Part shown: piece by piece, positions 53,301-62,042 of the stretch
How the letters are laid out: the number at the start of each line of letters is the position of its first letter
Position numbering within the stretch: the first letter of the stretch is position 1
From: an uncultured Verrucomicrobiae bacterium
Lineage (GTDB): Bacteria > Verrucomicrobiota > Verrucomicrobiia > Limisphaerales > Palsa-1400
Assembly: GCA_963764165.1 (NCBI GenBank)
Contig: CAVXRD010000002.1
Span: forward strand, 384,001-448,000
Reading direction: 5' to 3'
DNA length: 64,000 nucleotides
Position numbers and translations under genes: made by a program
Notes under the pieces: model-generated
What the model was told of the DNA's origin: nothing
What the model saw: only the letters and a program-made list of their open reading frames with translations
Databases searched by the model: none

Positions 53301-56226
53301 TCGTGGCGCTGGCCGGCGTGACTGTCAGCGCGACGAACGACCATTGATAAGCCGGGGCGATAATTCCCGAATCCCAATCATATGTGTTGGGATCGTTGTT
53401 CCAATTGTAACCAAGCGAGTAATCAGGGTTGCTGCTGATCACCAATCCTTCGACATCCGCCCCGATGCCGCGGTTCACGACGATGCCCGTGGCTTCAGGT
53501 TCCGTGGTCGTCGTGGGATAGATCCACGCAGTGATGGTGACCGTGTTGGTGTCCAGATTCCACGAAGAATCGATGGCGATGTAATTTGGCTCCGCGCCGC
53601 CTTGGAATGAGGCGGCATAGTTGGTTCCGGGCATTCCGGTGAAGCCATCAGACGCCATCGGCCCCAGGATTCCGTTGTAGCCATTTTGCGTGTTGTAACC
53701 GTAGATGCCGTTGTCACCTCCGGCAAAATCATAGGCCGGTTCCGTTCCGCCGGACGTGGTGTTTGTGTCATTAAACGCGTAGTAATGGACCGCCCCGGCT
53801 GCCGAAATCGCCGTTTCATAAGCGCCAACTGGCGTTACAACGGTCAGCGTGGCGGGCAGGCTGGCCGCGAATGCGCCGGAAATGGGATTGTCAACAATAC
53901 ACGCGTAATTCGCCTGGTCAGCCAGGGTCACGTTGCTGATGGTCAGCGTGCTTGAAGTTGCGCCAGAAACGGGGCCGCCGTTGACGAGATTGACACCGTT
54001 GCTCTGCCACTGAAAACCGACACCGGCGGAACCGACAACCGTGAACGAAGCCGTTCCGCCCGCATAAACTTGCACCGCCGTGGGCTGCGAGAAGATTTGC
54101 GGCGTGCCGATGGCCGCGGAGCCGGTCACTGGATTGGTTAGATTTTGCGAATGTTGATCGACATAAATATTGCCGAATTCATTTTGAGCGACTGTGCCGA
54201 GCGCGCTTCCAGGGCCGGTTCCAATATAATTGACTGGCAGCCCGACACCGCCACCGGCGGTGACATTGCGGAAGCCGTAAGTGAAGATCGAGCCATTGCC
54301 AGTCAGCGAGGTGGTGCCCCACATCAACGTCGGCGCGGCGCCCAGCCCGCCCGCGTCTACGTTGGTCCCTGTCATGCTGCCATTGGCCAGGTAGATCTGA
54401 TAGGTGCCCTTGGCGGCATTGATGACGAACCAGAAATAATACAAGTCACCGGGGATAGGCTGGTAGGGCGTGTTGTTCGGCGAAATCGTCGCGTAATAGA
54501 AAACGTTTGCGCCATTGACGCGGAAAAACCCGCCGCCGCTCGAATTGTCATAGTTGAATTGCGCGCTGGGCCCGGTGGCGGATTGGCCTGTTAATGCGCC
54601 GGGAGGACTCGAGTTGTCGATGTCGAAATTCATCGCCACAACCTCCGCTCCGGTAACATTTCCAAGCGTCGTTTGAATGCCCGGCAAGCTGAATTCGAGG
54701 AACACGGTTGAAGCGGTGTTCGAACCGGCAATGCCGAGGCCGGCTTCGTAATCGCCAATGTTGGCGACTGAACCGGCGGTGTATTGCGCATAATTATACG
54801 GGCCAAATGGCGCGCCGTTGGTGACGGTAATTGGCGTGCCGCCGCCGAGATTTGTCCAGCCCATTCCAATGCCCGCGCTGCCGGTAAGTCCGTTCAAATC
54901 GGCTCCCACGGAATCCAGGCTGAAGTTATCGAACAACTGCCAGCCCGAGGCAAGAACCACGGAACTGGCTTCATCGGACGGCGCGCTGGCTCCGCCGCTG
55001 CCTTGGGCGACGACTTCGTAATAGTAAGTGAGGCCTGCCGTCAAGCCGGTATCGAGGTAACTGTTGTTTGTGACTGTTTTCAACACAGTTTCAGCGCCGG
55101 AGGCCGTGGCTCGTTCTATGACATAATTGGTCGCGCCATAGCTGGATTTCCAGTGCAAGGCCAGATTGCCCGCGCCAGCCGCGCCGACTCCCAGCACCGG
55201 GGCTGCCGGAGCACCCACCGGCGTCGCGCTTATTTGGGTGGAGAAATTCGTGCCCGAGACGTTTTCAGCGGCGAGGACATAGTAATAGGTTGTCCCGCTA
55301 ATCACCTGCATGTCGATATAATTGGTCGTGGCGCTGGAAATCGCGTTGGTAAAATCGGTGTAAGGCCCGCCCGCATTGGTGCCGCGTTCCAAAACATAGG
55401 TCGAGGCATTGGCGGCGGCGTTCCATGTCAAATCAACCTGCACCGGTGTTCCCGAAGTTGCGCTTACCCATGTCGGCGTTCCGGGGGCGGGGACGTTGGG
55501 AGCGAAAATGGCTTCGCAGAGGACCATCTTTGCGCCGGATGAGCTGCCGGTGGAGGTAAACTTGATGCTGCCTGACGGGCAATTGGACGCGCCGCCAAAA
55601 GTCTGGGTCGCATTGCCACTGGCACCATAGGTTGTAGAGAGAACCACCGACGAGCCAGCAGGCGAGAGCGTCACGCCCAGCGTTTCGCCTGCGTTGCTGG
55701 CCGAGGTTGCCACCGCTGCCCAATCGCCGTTGGCGACGTTATTTACCGTGTTGTTGATCGTTTGCGCGCTGCCGTTGCCGACGCTTCCCGTAAGAGGCGC
55801 AATCGCCGTGTTTACATTGGTTATCGTATACGCCATCCACCAGTTTTGGTTGACTCCAGTCGGCGTCGTGCCGGTGAAGCTGCCGCTGCCTGGGGGCGGA
55901 TTGACCAGGTAATAAATGGCGTTGTCGTCCCATGTCGAGGCGGTGCTGCCCTGTGAAATGGCCTTCGTCAAAAGATGTCCGTTCCAGGCGAGATTGTTCG
56001 GCACACCGGGGTCAGTGCCCGGCGAATCTCCCTGCGTCCGGCCGCCGTAAATGAACACAAGCACACTAGCGCCTTGCGAGACAGTAAAGGCCGAGCTGTT
56101 GAGGTTGGTCGGGCTATAGTTGATGGGTGATGGCGCATCCAAATAGCCGATTTGGGCCTGGGCTGTGGAAAGAGCGCAGGCGTGGACGAGCAGGATGCCG
56201 GTGGTTAGTGTTATTAATTTACGCAT
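50398..56226 (-). CDS. giant secreted multidomain protein (FN3 x2, Ig, LamG-like, duplicated beta-rich module)
   Basis: Signal peptide MRKLITL; FN3 TYYYVLAAEN; Ig FQWQSNG..DQANYAC; LamG TITAWIYP..FNGSIDEVGIF. Confidence 0.9.
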   Translation of the reverse strand: MRKLITLTTGILLVHACALSTAQAQIGYLDAPSPINYSPTNLNSSAFTVSQGASVLVFIYGGRTQGDSPGTDPGVPNNLAWNGHLLTKAISQGSTASTWDDNAIYYLVNPPPGSGSFTGTTPTGVNQNWWMAYTITNVNTAIAPLTGSVGNGSAQTINNTVNNVANGDWAAVATSASNAGETLGVTLSPAGSSVVLSTTYGASGNATQTFGGASNCPSGSIKFTSTGSSSGAKMVLCEAIFAPNVPAPGTPTWVSATSGTPVQVDLTWNAAANASTYVLERGTNAGGPYTDFTNAISSATTNYIDMQVISGTTYYYVLAAENVSGTNFSTQISATPVGAPAAPVLGVGAAGAGNLALHWKSSYGATNYVIERATASGAETVLKTVTNNSYLDTGLTAGLTYYYEVVAQGSGGASAPSDEASSVVLASGWQLFDNFSLDSVGADLNGLTGSAGIGMGWTNLGGGTPITVTNGAPFGPYNYAQYTAGSVANIGDYEAGLGIAGSNTASTVFLEFSLPGIQTTLGNVTGAEVVAMNFDIDNSSPPGALTGQSATGPSAQFNYDNSSGGGFFRVNGANVFYYATISPNNTPYQPIPGDLYYFWFVINAAKGTYQIYLANGSMTGTNVDAGGLGAAPTLMWGTTSLTGNGSIFTYGFRNVTAGGGVGLPVNYIGTGPGSALGTVAQNEFGNIYVDQHSQNLTNPVTGSAAIGTPQIFSQPTAVQVYAGGTASFTVVGSAGVGFQWQSNGVNLVNGGPVSGATSSTLTISNVTLADQANYACIVDNPISGAFAASLPATLTVVTPVGAYETAISAAGAVHYYAFNDTNTTSGGTEPAYDFAGGDNGIYGYNTQNGYNGILGPMASDGFTGMPGTNYAASFQGGAEPNYIAIDSSWNLDTNTVTITAWIYPTTTTEPEATGIVVNRGIGADVEGLVISSNPDYSLGYNWNNDPNTYDWDSGIIAPAYQWSFVALTVTPASATITLMNTNGIVSSTHTYPHPVAPFAGTTMIGDDPDDTTGALTFNGSIDEVGIFTQALGQSSLDSLFTSSSGLTDFPATNSIYTQFANGLYPGETASIAAVTGGSAPLTETWQINGVNLSDGSTSYGVISGSATGDLTISNIASSLAGQTLNVTLVSSNAFGTYTSPPVSLTISSPNPGQQIYAVAQEAAGSDWNTGTSWSDGFAASVSVYAEPDSTYIIPPGKMERSPIVTNAVFPGGLLQIQGDGQMIDGGGASFGTETTIGELRLKESGTATATNAGMIYTYGGTVTFPNLQLAGGQIDNGSSSVVSLEGEIDVVSNSVIYADSASAATIRSYLLDAYLTGSGGLFYTYLGTLPTNTALVVTCPTNTFTGPWHVGQGALVGTSPNCLGTNSITVDQGGALETTYNFVTTKGSIVLNGQMYLYTADEVYGLTVNGSNVPPGTYTFAQLNAAFPLNFPATWPIQLGSVTGTNTGAGSITVLGTLPPIFTQQPQSVSVYPGQSAQFIGVAPNASSYQWWFTNQNNVAVELTDGGNISGSGTDFLSITNVTAANAGTYVVVASDSGGSTASSAAELDVLPTNPNQTITTTMQEPVGDDWNTATSWSDGLPVATSIYAEPNSSYFVIPGTMERTPTANNAVFPGSALIVQGDGVLVDGNSAGFPTETTTGELRLKESGDIAATNYGTAYVQGGFVSFPFLELAGGQIDNGNASSVALDGEIDVVSNSSIYCDSASAGSIRSMQINAYLTGSGTLTYDYMGSNYLNNDLIVSGTSNTFTGQWNVIQGGLLGNAANSLGTNSISIATNAMLETTYNYVTTNGTLALNGQMYLYTADTVYALSINGTAISPGTYSFAQLNSAYPSNFPSSWPVQLGSATGTNTGSGSIRVLTGPAPTASPATFSQIALSHGTLTFTGAGGAPSGTYHLLSTTNLAVPVKWTIVTNGTFDASGNFSLSIPVAPGVSADFYSIESP

Positions 56227-56265
56227 AAATTTCGGATGGGTCTTTTGCAATTGAGGGCGGGCTGT

Positions 56266-57153
56266 CTAAAGAGTGGGATAAATATAATTGTTGTTGGTGC
56301 CCCATTTCCAATTCTCCAAAGCTACGTGGCCATCAACGAAGCCGAGATTGCAATTTCCCCGGTGGCGCGTCGTCAGTGGATTCCCCGGGGGCGACCAGCG
56401 CCCGTCGTCGATCATGCTTCCGGTCGCGGGTGGAAGATCCATCAATGGATCGCTGGAAGCCGTCGGCGTGTCAACCGACCCGGTGGGAAGCGTTGCCTCC
56501 TCGGCAAACGAAATTTTTTGCGCGGGCCGCTTTACCGCGCTGTTCTTGAATTGAAACATTTCCACTCCGTTTCCGACGTCCTCCTGGACGCTGGTCAGCC
56601 CCTGGTTGACAGTCCCGGTGGAGTCCAGCCCAATGCTATTCATGCTGTAGCTGTACCAATAAATCGGATTGCCCGCATCGTTCGCACTCCCTGCGCCGAC
56701 CACGGCGATGCGGTCACGGTCGCTGATATCCGCCGGGCAGCGGAAAATATTGGTGGATTTTTTCGTTCCCGTGTAGGCGATGACCGGGCTGCGGTCCAGG
56801 GTTTCCAGGACACCAGCAATGTTTTCCGTGGCCGCCCCGGCGCGCCAATAGATCCAGTCATCAATCTGGAAGCCGTAGGTGTTGCGGGAGGCGCAAGAGG
56901 GATAGACATCCTTGAAATCATCCAGATACATCGCAATGCCCAGCTCCAGCTCCTTGAGGTTGTTGCGGCAATTAGTCTGCATGGCCTGATCTTTCGCACG
57001 GGCGAGGGCGGGCAGCAGCATGGCGGCCAGAATCGCTATGATGGCAATGACTACCAGCAATTCGATCAGCGTGAAGGCCGGGCTGGAAAAACGGGAATTC
57101 CTGGCGGCCCGCGGATGCGGCCTGCCCATAGAGACACTTGGTGGCGTCAGCAT
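56266..57153 (-). CDS. prepilin-type N-terminal cleavage/methylation protein with H-X9-DG motif (DUF1559-like)
   Basis: [48 protein letters not shown]; start uncertain. Confidence 0.92.
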   Translation of the reverse strand: MLTPPSVSMGRPHPRAARNSRFSSPAFTLIELLVVIAIIAILAAMLLPALARAKDQAMQTNCRNNLKELELGIAMYLDDFKDVYPSCASRNTYGFQIDDWIYWRAGAATENIAGVLETLDRSPVIAYTGTKKSTNIFRCPADISDRDRIAVVGAGSANDAGNPIYWYSYSMNSIGLDSTGTVNQGLTSVQEDVGNGVEMFQFKNSAVKRPAQKISFAEEATLPTGSVDTPTASSDPLMDLPPATGSMIDDGRWSPPGNPLTTRHRGNCNLGFVDGHVALENWKWGTNNNYIYPTL

Positions 57154-57244
57154 GTCAGTTCTTGTGGATGCTGACCACCTTACGGAACATCCGGGCTGCA
57201 TTATATCATTAAAAATGATGATTTTGGCCGGGTCGTCGCATGCT

Positions 57245-57299
57245 TCCCATAATTCCCATTCTTCCCACAAAAAGGGGGCTAATGAGAATAATGGGAATT
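57245..57299. repeat. CCCAT-periodic repeat (family D)
   Basis: ATAATTCCCATTCTTCCCA also occurs at about 7391; here it is followed by an inverted arm GAATAATGGGAATT. Confidence 0.5.
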
Positions 57300-57334
57300 G
57301 AGGGATGGCCCCGCAGTCCCTCGCTCCGGCCGGG

Positions 57335-57958
57335 TTACTTCAAGAACTTCAGCACAGCTTCAGTCCGCGAGCGAACATGCAATTTCTCGTAGATGTGCCG
57401 GAGGTGCGTGTTAACGGTCGCGAGGCTGATGGAAAAATGCTCGCTGATCTCCTTGCTGGAATATCCCTTGGACAATTCCTGAAGAATTTCCATTTCGCGA
57501 GAGGAAAGCTTCTCATCCACCGCCGGATCGCGCGGGGGCTCCCGGAACGACTGCACAACCCGCGCCGCGATCTGGCTGCTCATCGGCGCCCCGCCCTGCT
57601 TCACTTCCTGGATGGCGCGGAGGATGTCGGCCGGTTCGGCCCGCTTCAGCAAATACCCGCTCGCGCCCGCCTTCAATGCGCCAAAAATGCGGTCGCTGTC
57701 CTGGTAGACCGTCAAGATGAGTATTTGCACCTCCGGGCAAAGCTCCTTCAGGCGGCGCGTGCAATCCACTCCCGACATGCTTGGCAAATGAATATCCATC
57801 AGCACCACGTCCGGAAGCAGTTTCGGAATGGCCTTGAGACCCTCTTCGGCGGAATCAAAATCGGCCGCGCAATGGAAGCCGGGCGCTTCATTGACATACT
57901 CCGCCAGCTTGGCGCGAAAGCTCCTGTTATCCTCCACAATGACAATATTTAGTGGCAT
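57335..57958 (-). CDS. NarL/LuxR-family response regulator
   Basis: [44 protein letters not shown]. Confidence 0.95.
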   Translation of the reverse strand: MPLNIVIVEDNRSFRAKLAEYVNEAPGFHCAADFDSAEEGLKAIPKLLPDVVLMDIHLPSMSGVDCTRRLKELCPEVQILILTVYQDSDRIFGALKAGASGYLLKRAEPADILRAIQEVKQGGAPMSSQIAARVVQSFREPPRDPAVDEKLSSREMEILQELSKGYSSKEISEHFSISLATVNTHLRHIYEKLHVRSRTEAVLKFLK

Positions 57959-60900
57959 ACCCCGTTTTGATGAAATGGCATTCGAATGGCGCACCGCGTT
58001 CCGCTGCCCGGGCGGCTGTCGCATTCGAATTTGCCGCCGATCTTTTTCAATCGCGCCCGCATGTTGCAGAGGCCATTGCCGTGAAACTTGCCTTCCGCGT
58101 TGAATCCCCGGCCGGTGTCTTCCACGGCAATGAAGAGGGTGCTCTCCTGCCAATGAATGCGCAGCCAAATTTCCTTTGCCCCCGAGTGCTTTGCCGCGTT
58201 GTTGAGGGCTTCACGGATGCATAGATAGAGATTATGGCGCACTTCCGAAGTCAACGCCATGGATGGAAGATCCTCGTCAATATCAAGACGGCATCGGGCG
58301 GAAAGGCTCCGGAAAAGCTCTTCCGTGGTGTGGCGCAAATACGATGCGAGGCTGGCCACCGAATCATTGGCGGGATCCACCGCCCAGACGATTTCATCCA
58401 GCGACGAGACCATCTGCCGCGCTTTTTCGGAGACCTCGCACAATTGCGTCCGCGTGTCATCCGGCACGGTGGCATCCCCGCTTTCCACCGCGCTCAAAAA
58501 TCGTATCTCGGTCAGTGTCGCGCCGAGTTCGTCGTGGAGGTCCTGCGCAATGCGGGCGCGCTCCTCTTCGAGCGCCCGCCGGTGTTCCGCGCGCTCGCGG
58601 CTCTTGATTTCGGCGGTCAATTGCGCCGAGCGTTCTTCCACCTTGCTCTTGAGCAGCGTGATCCAAACCATCGCCGCCGCCAGCACCGAGGCCAGGGCGC
58701 CCATCACCACCGCCGCGTGGCGAACTGTCCACCACGACGGCGCGGCCAGCACGCGAACATCCCTGGGCGAATTCAACAGCAGCTCAAATGAATCGATGTC
58801 CCGGCTGACAGTCCGATCCACCCGCTGGCCCATGTAGATTCCGTTCAATTCCAGCATGCTGCCCGGCTCCAGATCGGGAAGCGTCCCGTTGCCGCGCGGA
58901 ATGCGCGCCGCGTAATCGCGATGGCCCAATTGAAGATCGAGCACCTGCTCGGCGCCGTTAAACGTCATCCCGATCAGGCGCGAGGTGACGCGGACACGCC
59001 GGGCATCCAGCCGGGAGTCAAGCATCTCGCGTTCTGTCAATAATTGCGCCACCGGCAATTCGGACTTCCCGGTCCGCCGCACCCAGGCCTCGCGCAAAAC
59101 TGGCGACGGCCCGTTCCGGTCCGGAAATCCAACGACCTCCACATGCGTCCCCACTGGCAGCTCCAGCGCGGTTTTCGGGCGGAAGCGGAAGCCGTTGGTG
59201 CCATCCATCATGAAGTATTCGCCGTGATATTCGCGCATGACCTGGCCGGAAACCTTGACGCGGCGCAGCAAATCCGCATGGGCGTCGAAAAAATACAGGT
59301 CGTTGGCCCGCTTGAGCGGCGTGTCGAAAGGGTTCGCGGGCGCCGGTTCGTCCACACTGACGGAGCCATCGTAAATCCGCAAACTTGGCAGCATCATCTG
59401 ATTTTCGTCGCGGTCGGAGCTGCTCACGCCGCAAACACGCACCAGCGCGTCAGTCACGCCGTCGAGGTTTTTTGGCTCCTCGCCCATAAACACCAGCGTC
59501 AGCTTTCCGCCGCGCGTCAACAATTGCAGCCGGTTGGCGACGACATCGATGACGATTCCCTGCACTTCAATGTAGCGGGTGGTCAGGGTGCCGTTCACCA
59601 GCTCATCCCAAGTCGGGCGCACGGGGGTGGGCAGGATTCCCGGGCCGAGATACATCGTGCGCTGAAGTTTTACGTCCGGCGCAAAAGCCGCGCTGGAAGT
59701 TCCCTCGATTTGCCAGCATTCGCCGATGCCCGGCATGGGCTGGCCGCTCGATCCTTCATAATACGCCCAAATCGCCCAGGTGGAATCCTGGATGAAAAAT
59801 CCCTGCCCGAGATGCGCCGTGATGACTCCTTGCAGTTTGACCGGGTAGCCGCGCAGCGCTTCAGCGCGCCCGATGTTCATGACCTGCCTGGCGCTCGTGA
59901 GAACCGGGAGATTGGTTTGGCTCGCGGCGGAACCGGGCTTTCTTTCGTCAATAATAGAAATGTTATCCAGGGACGGCGCCAAGATCGACGGGACGTCCTG
60001 CCCATCGACCGTTTTTGCGCTTTGGTAAATTCCCGACACTCTGACCCGGTGATGAAGCAGCGATTCCGCGGGGACCGAGGCGGCATCCAAAACTTTGAGA
60101 TAGATGCGGCCGGTGCTGGACGTTAGCTCGAGGCTGGGCGATTTGACGGGGCCCCGCACGACGGCGATCATTCCCTCGGTTTCCGCCCATTGGTTTTCCT
60201 GAGTTTCGTTTGCCAGTTGGCCCGGCACGACGACTCTTGGCGGCGGCAAAGGCGCGGTTCCCTTCACCGTAATGCGGAGAGGCTCGTTCTCGATAAACAA
60301 TTTGCTGCCGTCGTCCGATGCCGTCCAAAATTTGTATTTCCCGTCGCAGGGCGCGGAAAAGAGGCCCTCAAAAACGATCGCCACATGCTGATCGCGAGTT
60401 CTTACGCTCAAATCAAAATTCGAAACCGAACCGCAGGCCACCGGCAGCAGGCTCGAAAAATCCGGCGTCCACTGCCACGCGCCCTCGTAAACCTGATATT
60501 CCAAGCCCGGCGTCGTGGCGTGGCTGGAGTTCGCCGAGTGAAACAAACCGGAGATTGGCGCGCGCTCCTTTCCTGGAATCCGGCAATCCACTTTCAATGA
60601 AAAATGCCCCGTGTCATTGAACCACTCGACACGAATCGGGTGCAGTCCGGCGCTCAGGAAGGCCTCGCCGGATTTTTGGAGAGCTATGTGCGCGCCGTCA
60701 TTGTTCACGAGCGGGAGACAGCCGACTTCGCCGATTCCCGCCTCGCAATCGCCCTCAATCAAAACCCGCTGGCCGCCGCAAATCGGCCCGGCCTGTTTGC
60801 GCAGGTCAATTTTCAATATGGCGCCGCCCGAATCGTCTTGAAACGCCACCATGTTTCGCGCTGTGCTGGCCCACAAGAGCACTCCATCCAACCGCACGCG

Positions 60901-61119
60901 AAAACGTGCAATTTCCTGGCCCAAGGCAACGCGGCGCAATTCGGATGCATTGGTGATCGTGCGGATTTCAGAAACTTGCGGCGGCGCATTCGTCTCGCGC
61001 GCAGGAGAAAAACTCGCGCTGAAAAGCAAGAGCAGAAGCGTGAGACAAATACACCGGAAGCCCTGGCGTCTGGCGCAAGGCAGCAATGACCATTCACCTG
61101 GGAATCGGCTCAGTGGCAT
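57949..61119 (-). CDS. sensor histidine kinase (HisKA_3) with extracytoplasmic OB-like repeats and a PA14-type domain
   Basis: ERARIAQDLHDELG, EALNNAAKH, DTGRGF, GNGLCNM; TM after PSWWT; SDDGSKL. Confidence 0.92.
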   Translation of the reverse strand: MPLSRFPGEWSLLPCARRQGFRCICLTLLLLLFSASFSPARETNAPPQVSEIRTITNASELRRVALGQEIARFRVRLDGVLLWASTARNMVAFQDDSGGAILKIDLRKQAGPICGGQRVLIEGDCEAGIGEVGCLPLVNNDGAHIALQKSGEAFLSAGLHPIRVEWFNDTGHFSLKVDCRIPGKERAPISGLFHSANSSHATTPGLEYQVYEGAWQWTPDFSSLLPVACGSVSNFDLSVRTRDQHVAIVFEGLFSAPCDGKYKFWTASDDGSKLFIENEPLRITVKGTAPLPPPRVVVPGQLANETQENQWAETEGMIAVVRGPVKSPSLELTSSTGRIYLKVLDAASVPAESLLHHRVRVSGIYQSAKTVDGQDVPSILAPSLDNISIIDERKPGSAASQTNLPVLTSARQVMNIGRAEALRGYPVKLQGVITAHLGQGFFIQDSTWAIWAYYEGSSGQPMPGIGECWQIEGTSSAAFAPDVKLQRTMYLGPGILPTPVRPTWDELVNGTLTTRYIEVQGIVIDVVANRLQLLTRGGKLTLVFMGEEPKNLDGVTDALVRVCGVSSSDRDENQMMLPSLRIYDGSVSVDEPAPANPFDTPLKRANDLYFFDAHADLLRRVKVSGQVMREYHGEYFMMDGTNGFRFRPKTALELPVGTHVEVVGFPDRNGPSPVLREAWVRRTGKSELPVAQLLTEREMLDSRLDARRVRVTSRLIGMTFNGAEQVLDLQLGHRDYAARIPRGNGTLPDLEPGSMLELNGIYMGQRVDRTVSRDIDSFELLLNSPRDVRVLAAPSWWTVRHAAVVMGALASVLAAAMVWITLLKSKVEERSAQLTAEIKSRERAEHRRALEEERARIAQDLHDELGATLTEIRFLSAVESGDATVPDDTRTQLCEVSEKARQMVSSLDEIVWAVDPANDSVASLASYLRHTTEELFRSLSARCRLDIDEDLPSMALTSEVRHNLYLCIREALNNAAKHSGAKEIWLRIHWQESTLFIAVEDTGRGFNAEGKFHGNGLCNMRARLKKIGGKFECDSRPGSGTRCAIRMPFHQNGVCH

Positions 61120-61190
61120 TAAGACTTGTGTAATCGAAAATCATTAATCTTCCAAGTTCATATTGCGCTTTCTCGCGGAACAACGAGAAA

Positions 61191-61470
61191 TTGAACAGGA
61201 GGAAGGCCAAGGAAACGGAGAGAAAAAAGCTTGGCTGGCAACGTGGGATTAGCAGTCGATGAGCGGCACCAAATCCACACCGGAGCGCGGCTGTGTCGAA
61301 GACCAGCCGCAGCCATGTGGAATTTACCGACGCGCCTGGCGGTGCAGCGCGCTGCGGCTGGTCTTCGACACAGCCGCGCTCCGTCTGATGGCCTGCGCGC
61401 GCCACCCATTTCAAATCACCCCAAGCAAACAGGCCTTTTTCTCCGCGCTCTCGGTCTTCCTCCTGTTCAA
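61191..61470. repeat. nested inverted repeats: family C arms enclosing a perfect 33-bp IR
   Basis: Outer TTGAACAGGAGGAAG / CTTCCTCCTGTTCAA; inner arms 61281-61313 and 61351-61383. Confidence 0.8.
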
Positions 61471-61502
61471 ATTCAAAGCCGCCTTGCGATTGGCCGGGGT
61501 CA

Positions 61503-62042
61503 TTAAGAATTTGTCCCAGACTCCGCGCGCCGGGCTCTTTCACGGGCCAGCGCCCATTCAACGGAAGTCAATAATTTTGCGGAAAACCTCCTCACCGTGT
61601 GCCGAACCTCGCCGACCGAAACGTATGCGCAATCGCCAAGTGGGTAGGCTTCGATGTTCACGAAATCGGAAGGCCGGGGTGCCGCGCCCGCCAGCTTCGG
61701 AATATCTGTCAAACAAACTACTCCAATGCACACGCAGCCAGCCTTCCTTTCCTCAATCGCATTGGCGGCCTTTTCCGCCGAAACTGCGCCGGGAATAAGC
61801 CATGATTTCCCGTTGAGCGCGGCATTGGTGTAACCGCTATCAACAATCAACCCATCCGGCAGAACTTTGATGATCCGTCCGCAGATTCGGCGCCGACTTC
61901 CGATGCACGCGTCCCTCACCTCGACTTCGTGCTTTGCCTCCGCCACGGTTTGCGCGGTGTCGTTTGTCTGCGCGACTGCAGGCGCCGCGCTCGCCGCCGC
62001 AAGCATGAGGGAGAGCCAAACGATGTTACTGTTGAATCGCAC
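61503..62042 (-). CDS. exported hypothetical protein
   Basis: Signal peptide LSLMLAAASAAPAVAQ; overlaps the end of the upstream gene. Confidence 0.7.
   Translation of the reverse strand: MRFNSNIVWLSLMLAAASAAPAVAQTNDTAQTVAEAKHEVEVRDACIGSRRRICGRIIKVLPDGLIVDSGYTNAALNGKSWLIPGAVSAEKAANAIEERKAGCVCIGVVCLTDIPKLAGAAPRPSDFVNIEAYPLGDCAYVSVGEVRHTVRRFSAKLLTSVEWALARERARRAESGTNS

Noticed and set aside
57959..58168. Longer start for the response regulator
   Set aside because: It overlaps the kinase ATPase domain; the receiver domain starts at MPLNIV (57958).
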